NCBI RefSeq assembly: GCF_009914755.1 | Contig: NC_060947.1 | DNA length: 64,000 nucleotides | Origin: the human T2T-CHM13v2.0 reference genome, Homo sapiens | Strand: one strand, 5' to 3' | Part shown: positions 28,749 through 42,150 of the stretch, piece by piece | Layout: each line of letters opens with the position of its first letter | How positions within the stretch are numbered: position 1 is the first letter of the stretch | Notes under the pieces: generated by a model | What the model saw: only the letters and a program-made list of their open reading frames with translations | Database searches by the model: none | What the model was told of the DNA's origin: nothing | Translations under genes and position numbers: made by a program

Positions 28749-29731
28749 AGGCATGCTTATTAGTAGCTATAAATGACACAGAGCCACTGTGTGGTTGAAT
28801 CAGATAGCCACACCTTTTATTCTAATCTCTTCTGACATGGGATGTACGTAATAAATTGCATGTGTCAAACAGACTAACAGTTCTCCCATGAATGTAAACT
28901 CCAAGGGAAACTCAGTAGGCAACAGAAAGGAGAAGTGGAGCTCAATAAGTTTATCTGAAGCTAATTGCATGATATACTCAAGGGCTGGCCAGCTGCAAAC
29001 GCCTGTGGAGCAGCTTTGAGAGCATGTGCTGAACTTTAATCTTTACTTACGGAAACTCCCATGATTCCACAGGAATTTTGCCTCTGTAAAGACCATAACA
29101 TATGGTCCATTTGCAGAGACATATGTTTGAGTAATGGGCCCTGGAGCAAAACATTCACAAATTCTTCTCTTGCTCATTTTGAAATTTCTAGCATGCTGAT
29201 AGTCGGTGGATAGTTACTCTCTATCTCCTTGGCCTCTAAAGGTAGGGCATGAGTGGGTACCTTTCAGATCATTGTCTCTGATGATCTGTCTCCATAGGAA
29301 AGAGGAAGGAAAGACAGGTCATCAGGAACTTTACTCACACTGAGAATACTGTTTTGCTGTTAATCTGTAAAGAGCATGAACAACTTTCTCATTGCCTTCG
29401 GCCCTAGAAGATCAACCATCTGTCGTATGAGAACACATGGCTACTCGGTGTAAAGTAGAGTCAAGGAGATTCAGGCAAAACTATTGAGTATGGAGGGGCT
29501 CTGGCAAAGAAAGAACTCACCCTCACCAGCAACGTCAACATCTGGCCCCAAGGGGGTACCTTCCCTCTGCTCCCCAAGTAGAGAGTGTTGAATGAACATG
29601 CCATTTTCTACTGGGGATAGAAGAGCCCCTCTGTCTCTCTATTAGTGATCTCTGAAGATATGTTTAATTATCTCTCTTTGCTCCAACTTCACCAATGCTG
29701 ACGCTTCTTCAGCAACACCAAGACAGAATAC

Positions 29732-30050
29732 AGCCAGGTACAGTGGCTCAGGCCTGTAATCCCAGCACTTTGGGAGGCCGAGGCCAGAGGATTGCTTGAG
29801 AGCAGGAGTTTGAGGCCAGCCTGGGCAATATAGTAAAGACCCCCTGCCCCCATCTCTACAAAACAATTTATAAAATCAGCCAGGTGTGGTAGCAAGTGGC
29901 TGTAGTCCCAGCTACTCTGGAGCCTTAGCAGGTGGAATTGCTTGAGCCCAGGAAATCAAGCAGTGAGACGTGATTGCACCACTGCACTCCAGCATGGGCA
30001 ATAGAGTGAGACCCTGTCTCAAAAAGAAACAACAAAAAATTAAAATTGAA
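29732..30050 (+). mobile_element. AluJ
   Basis: TSD aagacagaata on both sides. Confidence 0.93.
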
Positions 30051-30525
30051 AAGACAGAATAGATAAGACAGATGTCTCTTAAGCTTGTCAATTCCCCGTA
30101 GGGGTTATGAACCAAAGGAGGTGAAATGGCATTGAGAGAGTCAGCAACAGTACATAGGGAAGCCAGTGTGCACACCCTACCTAACACAAGAGGCTTCCAT
30201 ACTGAGGGTGACTGAATTGCAGCTTTTTCACAGCAGGGAGTCTTTTTTTTTCTCCTCTGAAACCAAAAGTATCTATGTAGTATCCACCACTTGGATCAGT
30301 CATTGGAGAGACTGCACCCAACAGGATAGATGTGGCTCCTGCCTTCAGGGAACTAGAAATGAAAAGCATGGGTTATCTACACAATTGAGCCTAGTCAAAG
30401 GAAAACTATGGGATCTTAGGAGAACACATAGAAAGAAAATTTTACCACAGTGACAGAAATTATAATGTTTTTCATGAGAAATGGGCATTCTGTAGCTCTT
30501 GAACCACCCTGCACAACATGATTTC

Positions 30526-31325
30526 TGCTATGATCAGAATGTCTGCTTTCCCCCAAAATTCTTATGTTGAACTCTAACCCACAGGGTGATGGTGTTAGGA
30601 GGTGGGGCCTTTTGGAGGTGATGAGGTCATGTGATGGTTAATATTGAGTGTCAACTTGATTGGATTGAAGGACGCAAAGTATTGTTCCTGGGTGTGTCTG
30701 TGAGGGTGTTGTCAAAGGAGATTAACATTTGAGCCAGTGGACTGGGAGAGGCAGACCCACCCTCAATCTGGGTGGGCACCGTCTCATCAGCTGCCAGCAT
30801 GGCCAGAATAAAAGCAGGCGGAAGAACGTGGAAAGACTAGACTGGTTTAGTCTTCTGGCCTACATCTTTCTCCCATGCTGGGTGCTTCCTGCCCTCGAAC
30901 ATCAGACTCCAAGTTCTTCAGCTTTGGGACTCAGACTGGCTTCTTCACTCCTCAACTTGCAGACGGTCTATTGTGGGACCTCACCTTGTGATCATGTAGG
31001 TCCATATTCCTTAGTAAACTCCCCTTTATGTATACATCTATCCTATTCGTTCTGTTCCCCTACAGAACCCTGACTAATACAGGTTATAAGGGTGGAGCCT
31101 CATGAATGGGATTAGTGCTCTTATAAAAGGGACCCCAGAGAGCTCCCTTGCCCCTTTCACCGTGTGAGGACACAGCAAGAAGAAGCTTGTCTATAAACTG
31201 GGAATGGGTCCTCACCAGACGCTGAATCTGCCACACCTAGATCTTGAACTTCCAGCAACTAAAACTTTAAAAAAAAATAAGTGTCTTGTTTATAAGCCAC
31301 TTGATCTAGGGTCGTTTCTAATAGG
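30526..31325 (+). mobile_element. MLT1A-like LTR interrupted by MLT2A
   Basis: MLT1A-like halves join across the insertion. Confidence 0.8.
30630..31081 (+). mobile_element. MLT2A (HERV-L) solo LTR
   Basis: tgtgatggttaatattgagtgtcaacttgattggattgaagg start, ctgactaataca end, TSD ggtca/ggtta. Confidence 0.92.
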
Positions 31326-32207
31326 AGCTCGAATGAACTGAGATCGTCTCTTTTTCACATGCTATCTTGCAAGATTAATCCATTAAATCTACCCTCACAC
31401 TTACACGACTCTCTGCACTTAAGGACAAATTTGTCCACTAGCCATAGCTACTAGGAAGAGAATTGTAAAGTGTTGCTCTGTTTTGTGTTGTTTTTAATTG
31501 GGGTGGGATGAGAAGAAATTATGAGAGCAACAGGCAATTTTAAAGCTGTGGGGTGGGCAAGCAAAGAACGTTACAACAGAGGACTGGTGAGAATTAAGGA
31601 AGCAGAGCCGGTACTGACAACGAATTTTCTGTCTTCCTAGTCTGCCTAGGATGAGGACTTGGCTGCCACATTTTAGCTAACCTGCCTTCTGGACAAATCC
31701 CCAGCTGGGACCTCGCACAATCCATCCCACTCTCTTTATTCTCTCCCTTGAATCAGAGCTTCTCCTTACTAGCAGGGTAAACAGAATCTTATTAAAACAT
31801 CTGGCTAACGTCAACAGCTTATCTGCATGGAAATGCGACTGTAAATCCATCCACCAACAAAATGAATGTGTACAAAGTGCAAGCAGCTCTCCACGCCAAA
31901 AAAAAAAAAAAGAAACAAATTTAAAAAATAGTTCATGGGAAACAACTGCAAGGGATTGAAAATAATTTTCAAGCTCTACTTACAGATATTTACATCAGGG
32001 CGTGAGTGTGGTAGACAGGCCATATTCTATCAACTCACCTATGCATTTATGCAAAGAAAGTAAACAGAACTGATATTGGGAGAGGTGCCTAAACTGTGGC
32101 ACCATGTGCGTTTTCCACCTTGCATTTGTCATTTTCATGAATCGAGGAGCCCTAGTTTTAAGACTGAAGCTCTTTTCCTTTTATTGCAGCTCCTTGAACT
32201 CCACATT

Positions 32208-32235
<28 letters not shown>
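32208..32235. repeat. (TTA)n microsatellite
   Basis: Direct inspection. Confidence 0.95.
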
Positions 32236-32238
<3 letters not shown>

Positions 32239-32633
32239 GACTTCCTAAATACTGTGCTTTGGCACTCTTCACTTACTTCCTTTATCCCTGTGATAGCAAT
32301 GCCAGCAACGGCTGCCTACTCCTCTTACAAATCCCTTGATAAAACTCACATATTACACTGAGCCTCGAAACACTGTTTGCATTGCGGCTCCTATCTGCTC
32401 ACTTGAGTGTTTTGCCAAAGTGGCGTGCTGTCGAGAAGAGTATTTACTGCTGGCGGTGAGGATGTCGTCTGCTTAAGTTGGGTAAACTACTCACAGAGCT
32501 ACACTGGGAGACACACAGGGATCTTCCTTGCACACTACCTGTTCAGAGTGAAAGGGTACAGTGTGTGGCAGATGACAAAGACCCATCACCTCCAAGTTAT
32601 CAGCTGCAAGGAGGGTGCTTAGAAAATTGTTCC

Positions 32634-32636
32634 CTT

Positions 32637-32675
<39 letters not shown>

Positions 32676-32678
32676 TTC
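32634..32678. repeat. (CT)n microsatellite
   Basis: Direct inspection. Confidence 0.95.
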
Positions 32679-33501
32679 AGTATGAATTGAGAATGAATTG
32701 TCTCTGGGTTTCCTTGGTCACCCATTGGCTGGTCCAGTTGGAAGGGGAAGCAAAGCTGAACCTCAAAATGATGCACAGAGAGGGAGATTTGCCAGGTACA
32801 GTAACTGAGAAGAAGAAAACCCAGCCTGGACTCCCCTATCCAAACTCTCTTTTCTCCCATGCTCCCTGAAGGAGGATAGAGGGGATGAGGGAAGAATGAT
32901 CCTAGAGCCAGATCCATAGCTCTGAGGTTTTTTCCTAAAAGGAGGTTGGGATTTTTGTGGGAACAAATAAAAGAGGAAATGCTCTCCTGAGAGATCTGAA
33001 TCTAAAGATAGAAGAAGCACTAAGGGTTTGTTTCGGTTTGATTTGGGTTTGTTTGCTTGCTTTTTGAATTTAAGAAAACAACATAGGAAGCTTGAAGTTT
33101 GAAAACATTCTCCTATTTTTATAGTTCCCTGTATTTAACTCTAACATAAGCAACAACCTCAAATTATTAGTAAGAACAAATTTAATCACACATATAGCAA
33201 CAATTCAACAAATACTGTTAATGATTACTGACTGGCAGGTAAGTAAACTGCTTACAAAGATAGCCTTGCTATGCACGATCATAATTATTTGCAAACACCA
33301 GTTTGACCTTGACAGTGAGGAGTACAAATTATAGGGTTGGCACTGACCTCTCATAGTCACCTGTTTCTGTTGCTTATGTGGAAGGAGAATATCTTCTCCA
33401 GGGGTACTAGGAACCAGGCAGTTTAGGTAATGATTAGCAACAAGACAAGCTATGAATGATCCAAGTCAGAGCTAGAAGAAACAACATAAACATTATATTT
33501 A

Positions 33502-33741
33502 CATCCTGGGCAATATAGTGAGACTCTGTCTCTACAAAAACAAAAAAAAAAAAAAAAAAAAAGGAGACGTTAGCCAGAAGTAGTGGTGCGTACCTGCTGT
33601 TCCAGCTACTTCTGAAGCTGAGGCGGAAGGATTGCTTGAGCCCAGGAGGTTAAAGGTGCAATGAGCTGTCATTACACCACTGCACTCTAGTCTGGGTGAC
33701 ATAGCAAGACCCTGTCTCGAAAAAAAATTAAAAATAAAAAT
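33502..33741 (+). mobile_element. 5'-truncated AluJ with expanded A linker
   Basis: End of left monomer, long A run, complete right monomer. Confidence 0.88.
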
Positions 33742-34883
33742 AGACACTACATATAGGAAGCAATGGTAGAGTGGACAGGATGGTGATGGGCGTAAGAGAA
33801 ACCTCCATCTCCCCCTAACAGCTAGACAGAAGTAATCTATGGGGGTGCTGAGGATGGTATTTTGGCTAATGTATAGCAATTACTTTCCATGCCTGTAATG
33901 GTTATAACTTCTACTTTCCAGATAAAGAAATGAAGCCTCAAAGGACATGTAACTTTTTCAAAAGATACACAGTAGCCTTGCTCCTAGTGTAAGTTCCATG
34001 CCTTCATTCCTAGCCTAAGTCAGAAGAGAGCTGGCATTTCCTACAGATGACTGACTTCTGCTGGTTTAAGGTGTTGACCAATTTTTTTTTCCTTATCAAG
34101 TGATTCTTGGCACTTTGATTTAACAATACCTTAACCGGTAAAACATTATCCAAAGCTGTTTGAAAATCTCGTCATAAAGCATCCAGTGAACTGCCATTGT
34201 CTCCAGTGGCAACAATATCTTTGAACATCCCTTGTAATGGTGCTTTAACAAAAACCTCTGCCTCCTAAATCCTTGCTGGCTATTTCTAACAAAATAGCCC
34301 TTTCTGAGGTGGTCTCTCAATATGTTTTACAAAATTGACTACAATATTTCCCCCACAATGGTGGAAGTTATAAAGCTAACCATTGACCTTCTTATTGAAA
34401 AATGGCATTATACATGTCACTTTGGAGGTTTGAATAAATCAACAGAAATGCAGGGATAGAACTCAGGTTATAGAAAGGTGAAGGTAGTAGATTTCCTGTT
34501 TTTTTTTTTAAAAAAAACTAATTCATCTTTTAAGACCATTTTTCAGTCTTTTCTCCTACATGGTTTCTAATCCATTGTGAAAATTAAGGTTAATTCTAAG
34601 CTCTATCTGGTGAGATAAAGAGAATGGGGGACATGGGTTTTTTTTGTGTGTGTGAACAACCATTTCAGTAAGAACTAGTCTGATGAACTAAAAGAGAGAG
34701 ATCAGAATGTGGCCATAGAGAGAACTGGCTCAGTCCATTTAGTGATGTTCACTTTAGCTATGTGCATCAGAAAAGCGAATACCGCATACCTGTCCAGATA
34801 AGTGAGTGATCACAGGCAAACACACCCAAAGAACAACCACCAAAGTCCAAAAATTAAGCACTGCATGCATCTCCAAGCACTCA

Positions 34884-35258
34884 TGTATTTGTTCATTCTC
34901 ACAATGCTATAAGTACTTATCCGACACCAGGTAATCTATAAAGCAAAGAGGCTTAATGGACTCAGAGTTCTACAGGGCTTAGGAGGCCTCAGGAAACTTA
35001 CAATCATGGCAGAAAGGGAAGCAAGCACATCCTTCTTCACATGGCGGCAGCAACGAGAAGTGCAGTTTGAAGGGGGGTTAATCCCCTTATAAAACCATAA
35101 GATTTTGTGAAAACTCATTCACTATCATGAGGAAAGTGTGGCGATAACCGCCCCCATGATTAAATTACCTCCCACTGGGTCCCTCCCACGACATATGGGG
35201 ATTATGGGAACTACAATTCAAGATGAGATTTGGGTGGGGACACAGCCAAACCAGGTCA
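34884..35258 (-). mobile_element. THE1D-like LTR
   Basis: TG...CA ends, TSD actca/accca. Confidence 0.9.
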
Positions 35259-36169
35259 ACCCACCTCCATATTCCCTTCCAATAATTACCACTACCCAGA
35301 GCCAAAATAATTACATTTTAATACCATAGATTGGGTTTCTCTGTTTCAAACTCTATATAAATGAAATAATACAATATTTATTATTCTAAATGTCTTCTTT
35401 TACTTAACCTTATGTTTCTGAGACGTAGCCACATTGTTGTATAAACTGGGTAGTTTATTCATTTTTTACCTCTATATACTATTCTGCTGTATGAAGAACA
35501 CGGCCTTACAGAGAACTGACTCAGTCGATTTACTGATAAATGTCAACGTCAGCATTATATTGGCTCTTCAGAGGGAAATAATCGCATTAGTCACTGTGAA
35601 TAGACACAAATACTAGCCTTTCTTATTTGCTTTTTCCCTTTAGTGGTCAGACTAAGAAAAGAGTTAGTGAGTGTCAATGATTCTATTCAACTAACCATCC
35701 AAAAAAATGTACCACATTATAAACAAACAAGCATCTCCATTATGGAAATCTGATGAGAGAAAACAGATAGCATTTATATCCTCCTTAGCCTCTTGCCCCA
35801 CCTAGTTTCAAATCACTGGGCACATCAAGTTTCAGAACTCTCCATATGAATAGGAATGGGTTGAAAATCAGGCCACGTGTAAAGCTGCAGTTTCTGGGGA
35901 AAAAAAAAGTGCATTGTTGTACCTTTGTAGTGCTGCCTAAAGCTAAAAGGGAAAAGAATATTCCATTCAGGCCAGAAAGGGGAAGAGAGGGAGAAAATAA
36001 ATTTCCTAGAAAACTCGTAAAACTTCTGGTTTACCTTAGGTTTGAAATGCAAGTGAGATTTTATTTCCTGCAAAAATCAGCCCTTAGGTCCATAAAGTAT
36101 ATGGGGACAGGTGATTGGTTTAATCAAGTGGCATTAAAAAGTTATGTTTCTGTTGATGTGTGACATTGA

Positions 36170-37440
36170 AGAAAAGTGCACACAGCATACCTACACAGGT
36201 AAGTGAGTGATCACAAGGTAAACACACCCACAGAACCACCACCAAAGTCAAAAAATGAAGCACTGCATGCATCTCAAAGCACACCCCCATAGTCCCTTCC
36301 AATAATTACCACTCCCCATGCCAAAATACTTACATCCTGGGTTTGTTTGTTTTCAAACTCTATATAATGGAATAACACAGTATTTATTATTCTGTCTAGC
36401 ATCTTTCACTTAACATTATGTGAATGAGACCTAGTCACATTGTTGTATAGACTGGGTAGTTCATTCATTTTTATCTCTATATACTATTCTGTTGTATGAC
36501 GACACCTCAATTTATTTATTCATTCTACTGTTGACAAATCTTTAGGTTTTTTTCCTGTTCTTGGCTTTTATGTATAGTGATTATATTAGGCCATTCTTGC
36601 ATTGCTATGAGGAAATATTAAAAAGTAATTTATAAAGACTGGATAATTTGTAAAGAAAAATGAAATATTAAAAATAATTTATAAACACTGGTAATTTATA
36701 AAGAAAAGAGGTTTAATTGGCTCACAGTTCTTCAGGTTGTACAGGACGCATGGTGCCGGCATCTGCTCGGCTGCTGGGGAGGCCTCAGGAAACTTACAAT
36801 CATGGCAGAAGGTGAAGGGGAAGCTGGCAGAAGATGAAGGGGAAGCTGGCATGTCACATGGCTGGAGTAACAATAAAGAGAGAGAGAGGAGGTGCTACAC
36901 ACTTTTAAACAGTCAAATCTCCTAAGAACTCACTCACTATCATGAGAACAACACCAAGAGGATGGTGCTAAACCGTTTATGAGAAGTCTGCCCCCGTAAT
37001 CCAGTCACTTCCCACCTGGCCCCTTCTCCAATATTAGGATTACAATTTGACATGGGATTTGAGCAGGGACACAGATCCAAACCATAGCACTGATGCTATG
37101 AACATTTTGAACCAATCTTTTGGCACACATAAACACACATTTCTATCTGGTATATACTGAGGAGTGGAATCTTTGAAAAATGGTCAGCTTCTTCAAGCTT
37201 CTTCTATGGCCAGCTTTTAAAGACACAGCCAACCAATTTTCCAAAGCATATGCTCCCTTTCTGGTAACTCCCACCCCCCAGCAATGTACGTGAAGTCCGA
37301 TTTTTCTGTTTCTTTGCTAACACTTGATGATGTCAGTCTTTCTCATTTTAGCCATTTCGGTGGTGGTGTAGATGTCTCCCCCCTTGTGGTTTTAATGCAA
37401 ATTTCTCCAACGCTTGATGAGTTTCAGTACCATTTTCATG
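36170..37440 (-). mobile_element. Old L1ME-like fragment interrupted by MST
   Basis: atttatttattcattctactgttga...gctatgaacatttt...gagtggaat antisense L1M motifs. Confidence 0.7.
36582..37089 (-). mobile_element. MSTA/B LTR with internal tandem duplications
   Basis: MST motifs, TSD gtgat/ctgat; ~50-bp and ~22-bp internal duplications. Confidence 0.88.
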
Positions 37441-37494
37441 TGTTGTATTAGACCATTCTTGCGTTGCTATAAAGAAATATCTGAGACTGGGTAA

Positions 37495-37723
37495 AGTCAC
37501 TGCATCCTTGATGTCCTGGGCTTAAGCAATCCTCCCACCTCTAGAGTAAGTAACTAGGACTACAGGCGTGTGCCACCACATCTAGCTAATTTTTGTATTC
37601 TTTTTGTGGAGGCAAGTTCTCGCTATTTTGTCCAGGCTGGTCTTGAAATCTGGACTCAAGTGATCCTCCCACTTCAGCCTCCCAAAATGCTGGGATTACA
37701 GGTGTGAGCCACCACACCTGGCT
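37495..37723 (-). mobile_element. Tailless AluJ fused to an MST stub (37444-37494)
   Basis: Antisense Alu lacking its 3' end. Confidence 0.85.
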
Positions 37724-40523
37724 TAATTAATTCCTTTCTCTGAAGACTTTTCCCTCTAATAAAATACACTAATACTTTTCAAACAGAACCAGTATCAGTC
37801 ACTTATAACTTAGTACAATTAAGCTATAAAATTCATCTTATTTATATGATGTTAGGAATATAAACACTATGAAACAAAAATTTACTGTGTACCTATTAAG
37901 GGAAGAAAAGCGGACCAAAAGTCAAGTTGGAGAAAATAAAAGATAATTTCAGCCTACTTCAATAATGGGCAAATTGCTAAATCTTGCAATATATTACTGG
38001 GTAAAAGACATTAAATCATTCATTCTATAGCAGTTGAAATAATACGAGTAAGAACTATTAGAATAATGAAGACAGCAACAATTCAATAAGCACTGTTCAC
38101 TGTTAAATACTGACAGGTGAGAATTCATCGCCTTCAGAACTCATCTGACTATAGCTCATAACTTTGCTTCCACAGAGGAACAAAAATCTCACACAACTTT
38201 TCACACTAGCATAGATTGTCATATATAAAATAAGAATGGCATTATAAAGTGGGGTATAGAGGTAATATAGGAGTAATTAGTTGGATTTATTTTAAACTGT
38301 ATGTCTTCACCAATTTATATGATTCTTATGAAAAATAAATCATGATTCTATGTAAACTTCCTGATAATTTTCAGTTTGGACCCCTATTACACTACATTTT
38401 CTTAGCCCAATTATTTTCATAAATGCTTCATTTAAATAAAATATGATTCTTTAATGAAGAAAATCTGAGTAAACTATTATATTTTTATATGAACAAAATG
38501 AATAAGCATCGGCAAAGAAAGCATAAATTATTAATTCAAGGTTACACATACTTTTCAGGGCTACATTCACTAATACATAAAGTCTTTCAAAAAATATTTT
38601 TATTGTTCTGTTAAAAAATAAACCCTTTGGTTTTTTGAATAATTTTTTGACCAGATTAAAAATTGATCAACTTTTGCTCTGGAAAATAATAAAATCTGTA
38701 GCAAGGCTAAAAGATTGATTTGTGGAGACTGTTACAATGAATGTAGAGATGAAATGAGATGTTTTTTCTTTCTTCATCTATATTCAAATCTACCCTTTAT
38801 GTGAAAGTTGAGTGAGGTCCATTAGTGTTATATTTACAGGTGCTGGACTTTATGAATTATATACGCCTGCCAAGAATTTCCCATTTAGGGCTTGCATTTG
38901 CACCTGGAGACTTTTATCTAATTTTTAAATTAAGCCAAAAATGCATTTCACTCTCAACCTCACCAGTGAATTTTTTAAAAGGGATATTGGCAGAGGAGGA
39001 ATAGCAGGGGTGATAGAGATTAATTCAAATGACAGAATAGGCTTTAAATAAACAGAAAATAGTAATGTGAGGAAATATACAAACACCATCTTATTTGCTG
39101 TATCCCACTCTGGAGAAATTCCTTTTTTATCAATACATGTTGCTGTAAAATAATCTTGCAGACTTAAATTTCACAAGACAGGGAGTTTTTGTGCATCCAC
39201 CCAATTCAAAATTGCTTTCAAGGGAGCTGGCATACTGAGACAATTTTCCAGGCAATAAGTTGGAATTTCCCAATTTCACCTAAAGGAGAAAATAGAAATA
39301 CTTGAAATCTATTATGTCTTGCTCAAGTTGGTGATGGAGTGATCTCTCTGATTTACAAAGTCCCCTCTCTGGAAACTCTAGTCGTGCCGTTCTATTTTTT
39401 ACTTCAGGAATTTTTAACCCAATGACTATTTTTAAGAACTATCATTGGAAATAGAGAAAGACGGAAATACATTTGGGAAAAGAACAAGGAAGGGAGGCAT
39501 TGGCAGACATGAAGAAAAGTGTTCACAGTTTAGAAAAGATTAACAGGAATGAGGCAAAGTCCATTTCTAAGGAGTTAACTTCCAGCTGTGGCCAGGAAGA
39601 TCGCTGGGTGCCTGCAGAATGCCCTGCAGTGTTCTGATGAAAAACTGTATAAGGCTATCTTGTGGGAGCCACATAACCATGGCCATCAGGGAGGAGTGGT
39701 GAATAACACGTTTTTTAATGAGTTTTGCGGATTAAATAAATGAAAGATGTCAGACATTTTCGTCTTCAATCAATCAAGTAGTCTCTTTCAGGGACCATGT
39801 TTAGTCCTGAGAGATGGAAAAGATAATAATTCCTAGTGGTAAAATGAGAAGGATGTGGAATATGACAAAGTAAGAGTAGCCTAATAAAACAATGCATCAT
39901 ACAACACAAAAATAATTAAAAATAGACATGTTGTTCATTCAGTAAAGAGTAATTAAATGCTTACTTGAAACAGGTGCCTTGTATGATAGGAGACACCTGG
40001 AAAACGATCAGTTAAGACCTGTATCGCTACAAGCTCATTTTCCTTGAGTCCTGTTAAAAGAGTTTTCTGTAATGTTAGAAGTTGAAAAGGAAATACAGCA
40101 TTTCCCTCCATGTCTGAGTGCTTTTCTACATATATAATGTTGCCATGAATATTTTTTTCAAGTCTAGACTCAGTTCCAGTAGGTCAGTTCCTGGTATGTC
40201 ACACTCTCCTAGAGTCTCCAGATAATGAAAATAATCTTTTAAAACTGAAATGATGACCTTGTTTCTAAAACACCTACTATATGCCAGGAAATGTGTTACG
40301 GACTTTAGGTATAATCTGTTTTATTCATTTAACCTTCAAAATAATCCTGCATGGTGTGGATCATTTATTGTGTCTTTACAGAAGGGGAATCTGAATGGAA
40401 AATAATTTGATATATCTAAACTTCCAAGAAAGGGCTGAAGAATCTGAACTCAGTCCATCTTAGGCAAAAACTGAAGCTCTTTTAACTTGTCTGCCTCTAA
40501 TGGATTCACAATCAGGTACCCAG

Positions 40524-40899
40524 TGATATGACCTGGCTCTGTGTTCCCACCCAAATTTCATCTTGAATTGCATTCTGAATTTTAATCCCCACGTGTTGAG
40601 GGAGGGACCTTGTGAGAGGTGATTAGATCATGGGGGCAGTTTCCCCATGCTCTTCTTGTGATAGTGAATGAGTTCTCATGAGATCTGATGGTTTTACAAG
40701 GGACTTTTCCCCACTTCGCTCTGCACTTCTCCTTCCTGCCACCAAGTGAAAAGGACATGTTTTCTTCCCTTTCCGCCATGATTATAAGTTTCCTGAGGCC
40801 TCCCAGCTCAGGGGAACTGTGAGTCGATGAAACCTCTTTCCTTTATAAATTACCCAGCCTCGGAAGTTCTTCACAGCAGTGTGAGAACAGACAAATACA
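40524..40899 (+). mobile_element. THE1D-like LTR
   Basis: TG...CA ends, TSD cccag/ccaag. Confidence 0.9.
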
Positions 40900-41039
40900 C
40901 CAAGGAAGACTGAAAACAATTTTTCTTCTTCCCTTTTCCATTTCAACACAGCCATGACATTATATTGCAATGATGGGAGAGAAGGCATGATTTAAAACAA
41001 TGGTTCTCAAGCTTAAACATGCATCAGAATCAGTGAGAA

Positions 41040-41338
41040 TGGGAGTCCACAAGCTTTTTCTGTAAAAACCCAGATAATAAATATTTCTCATTTTGCAGTT
41101 CATATAGTCTCTATCACAGTTATTCAACCGTGCTCTTGTAGCACGAGAGCAGTCACAGATAATACAAAGTGAATGAGTGATTGCATTCCAATAAACCTTT
41201 ATTCACGGGCATGAAATCTGAATTTCATATAATTTCCATGTGTTGTGAATTATTCTTCTTCTTTGTAATTTTCCCTAATCATTTAAAACTGTGAAAGTTA
41301 TTCTTAGTTCAGAGGCATGAAAAAGCAAGTGGTTGTTC
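41040..41338. mobile_element. MER58-like hAT element
   Basis: ttttctgtaaaaacccagataataaatattt...ccaataaacctttatt. Confidence 0.65.
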
Positions 41339-41800
41339 TGCTACTGGAAAGGGGTCCGGATCCAGACCCCAAGAGAGGGTTCTTGGACCTCATGTAAGAA
41401 AGAATTTGGGGTGAGTCCATAAAGTGAAAACAAGTTTTTAAGAAAGTAAAGGAATAAAGAATGGATACTCCATAGGCAGAGCAGTGGCTTGAGCTGCTGG
41501 ACTGAGTATACTTATAGTTATTTCTTGATTATATGCTGAACAAGGTTTGGATTATTCATGAGTTTTCCAGGAAAGGTGTGGGCAATTCCTGGAATTGGAG
41601 GTTCCTCCCCTATTTAAACCATATAGGGTAACTTCCTGCTGTTGCCGTGGCATCCGCAAACTGTCGTGGCGCTGGTGGGGGTGTCATTTAACATGCTAAT
41701 CCATTATAATTAGCATATAATGAGCAGTGGGGATGATCAGAGGTCACTTTTGTCACCATCTTGGTTTTGGTGGGTTTTGGCAGCCTTCTTTACTACAACA
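41339..41800 (-). mobile_element. MER41B-like ERV1 LTR with a 5'-proximal deletion
   Basis: Minus strand reads aaaacccaccaaaaccaagatggtgacaaaagtgacctctg...ggaagttaccctatatgg; TSD gttc. Confidence 0.82.
41565..41594. promoter_or_regulatory. Tandem GAS (STAT) motifs
   Basis: TTCCAGGAA at 41565 and TTCCTGGAA at 41586; motif match only. Confidence 0.6.
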
Positions 41801-42150
41801 GTTCAGGTTTGGCCCCCAGGTGAGAACCATTCATCTACATGGTGGATGAAGAAAACAGTTCAAAAATGAGCTTATGGGCCGGTTCTTCTTCAATAAAGTG
41901 CTGATGTTTCTATTATTTTCATATTATTTTCAAATGTGCTTGTGCTACACGTACTTTCTTCTTTAATCAAATCAGTTGCCAACATTTGAAAATTTGGATA
42001 TTTACATAAAATCTGAAGTTTTGGGACTGTTCTTGAAAAATGCAGAGAACAAGCAATATAAAAGCTGCATTCCTGCCTGGTAATCCTTGCTCCACTCAGG
42101 AAGAGCTGATGCCCCATATGAAGAGCCATGGTCTTTTCCTAGTTGGTCAT

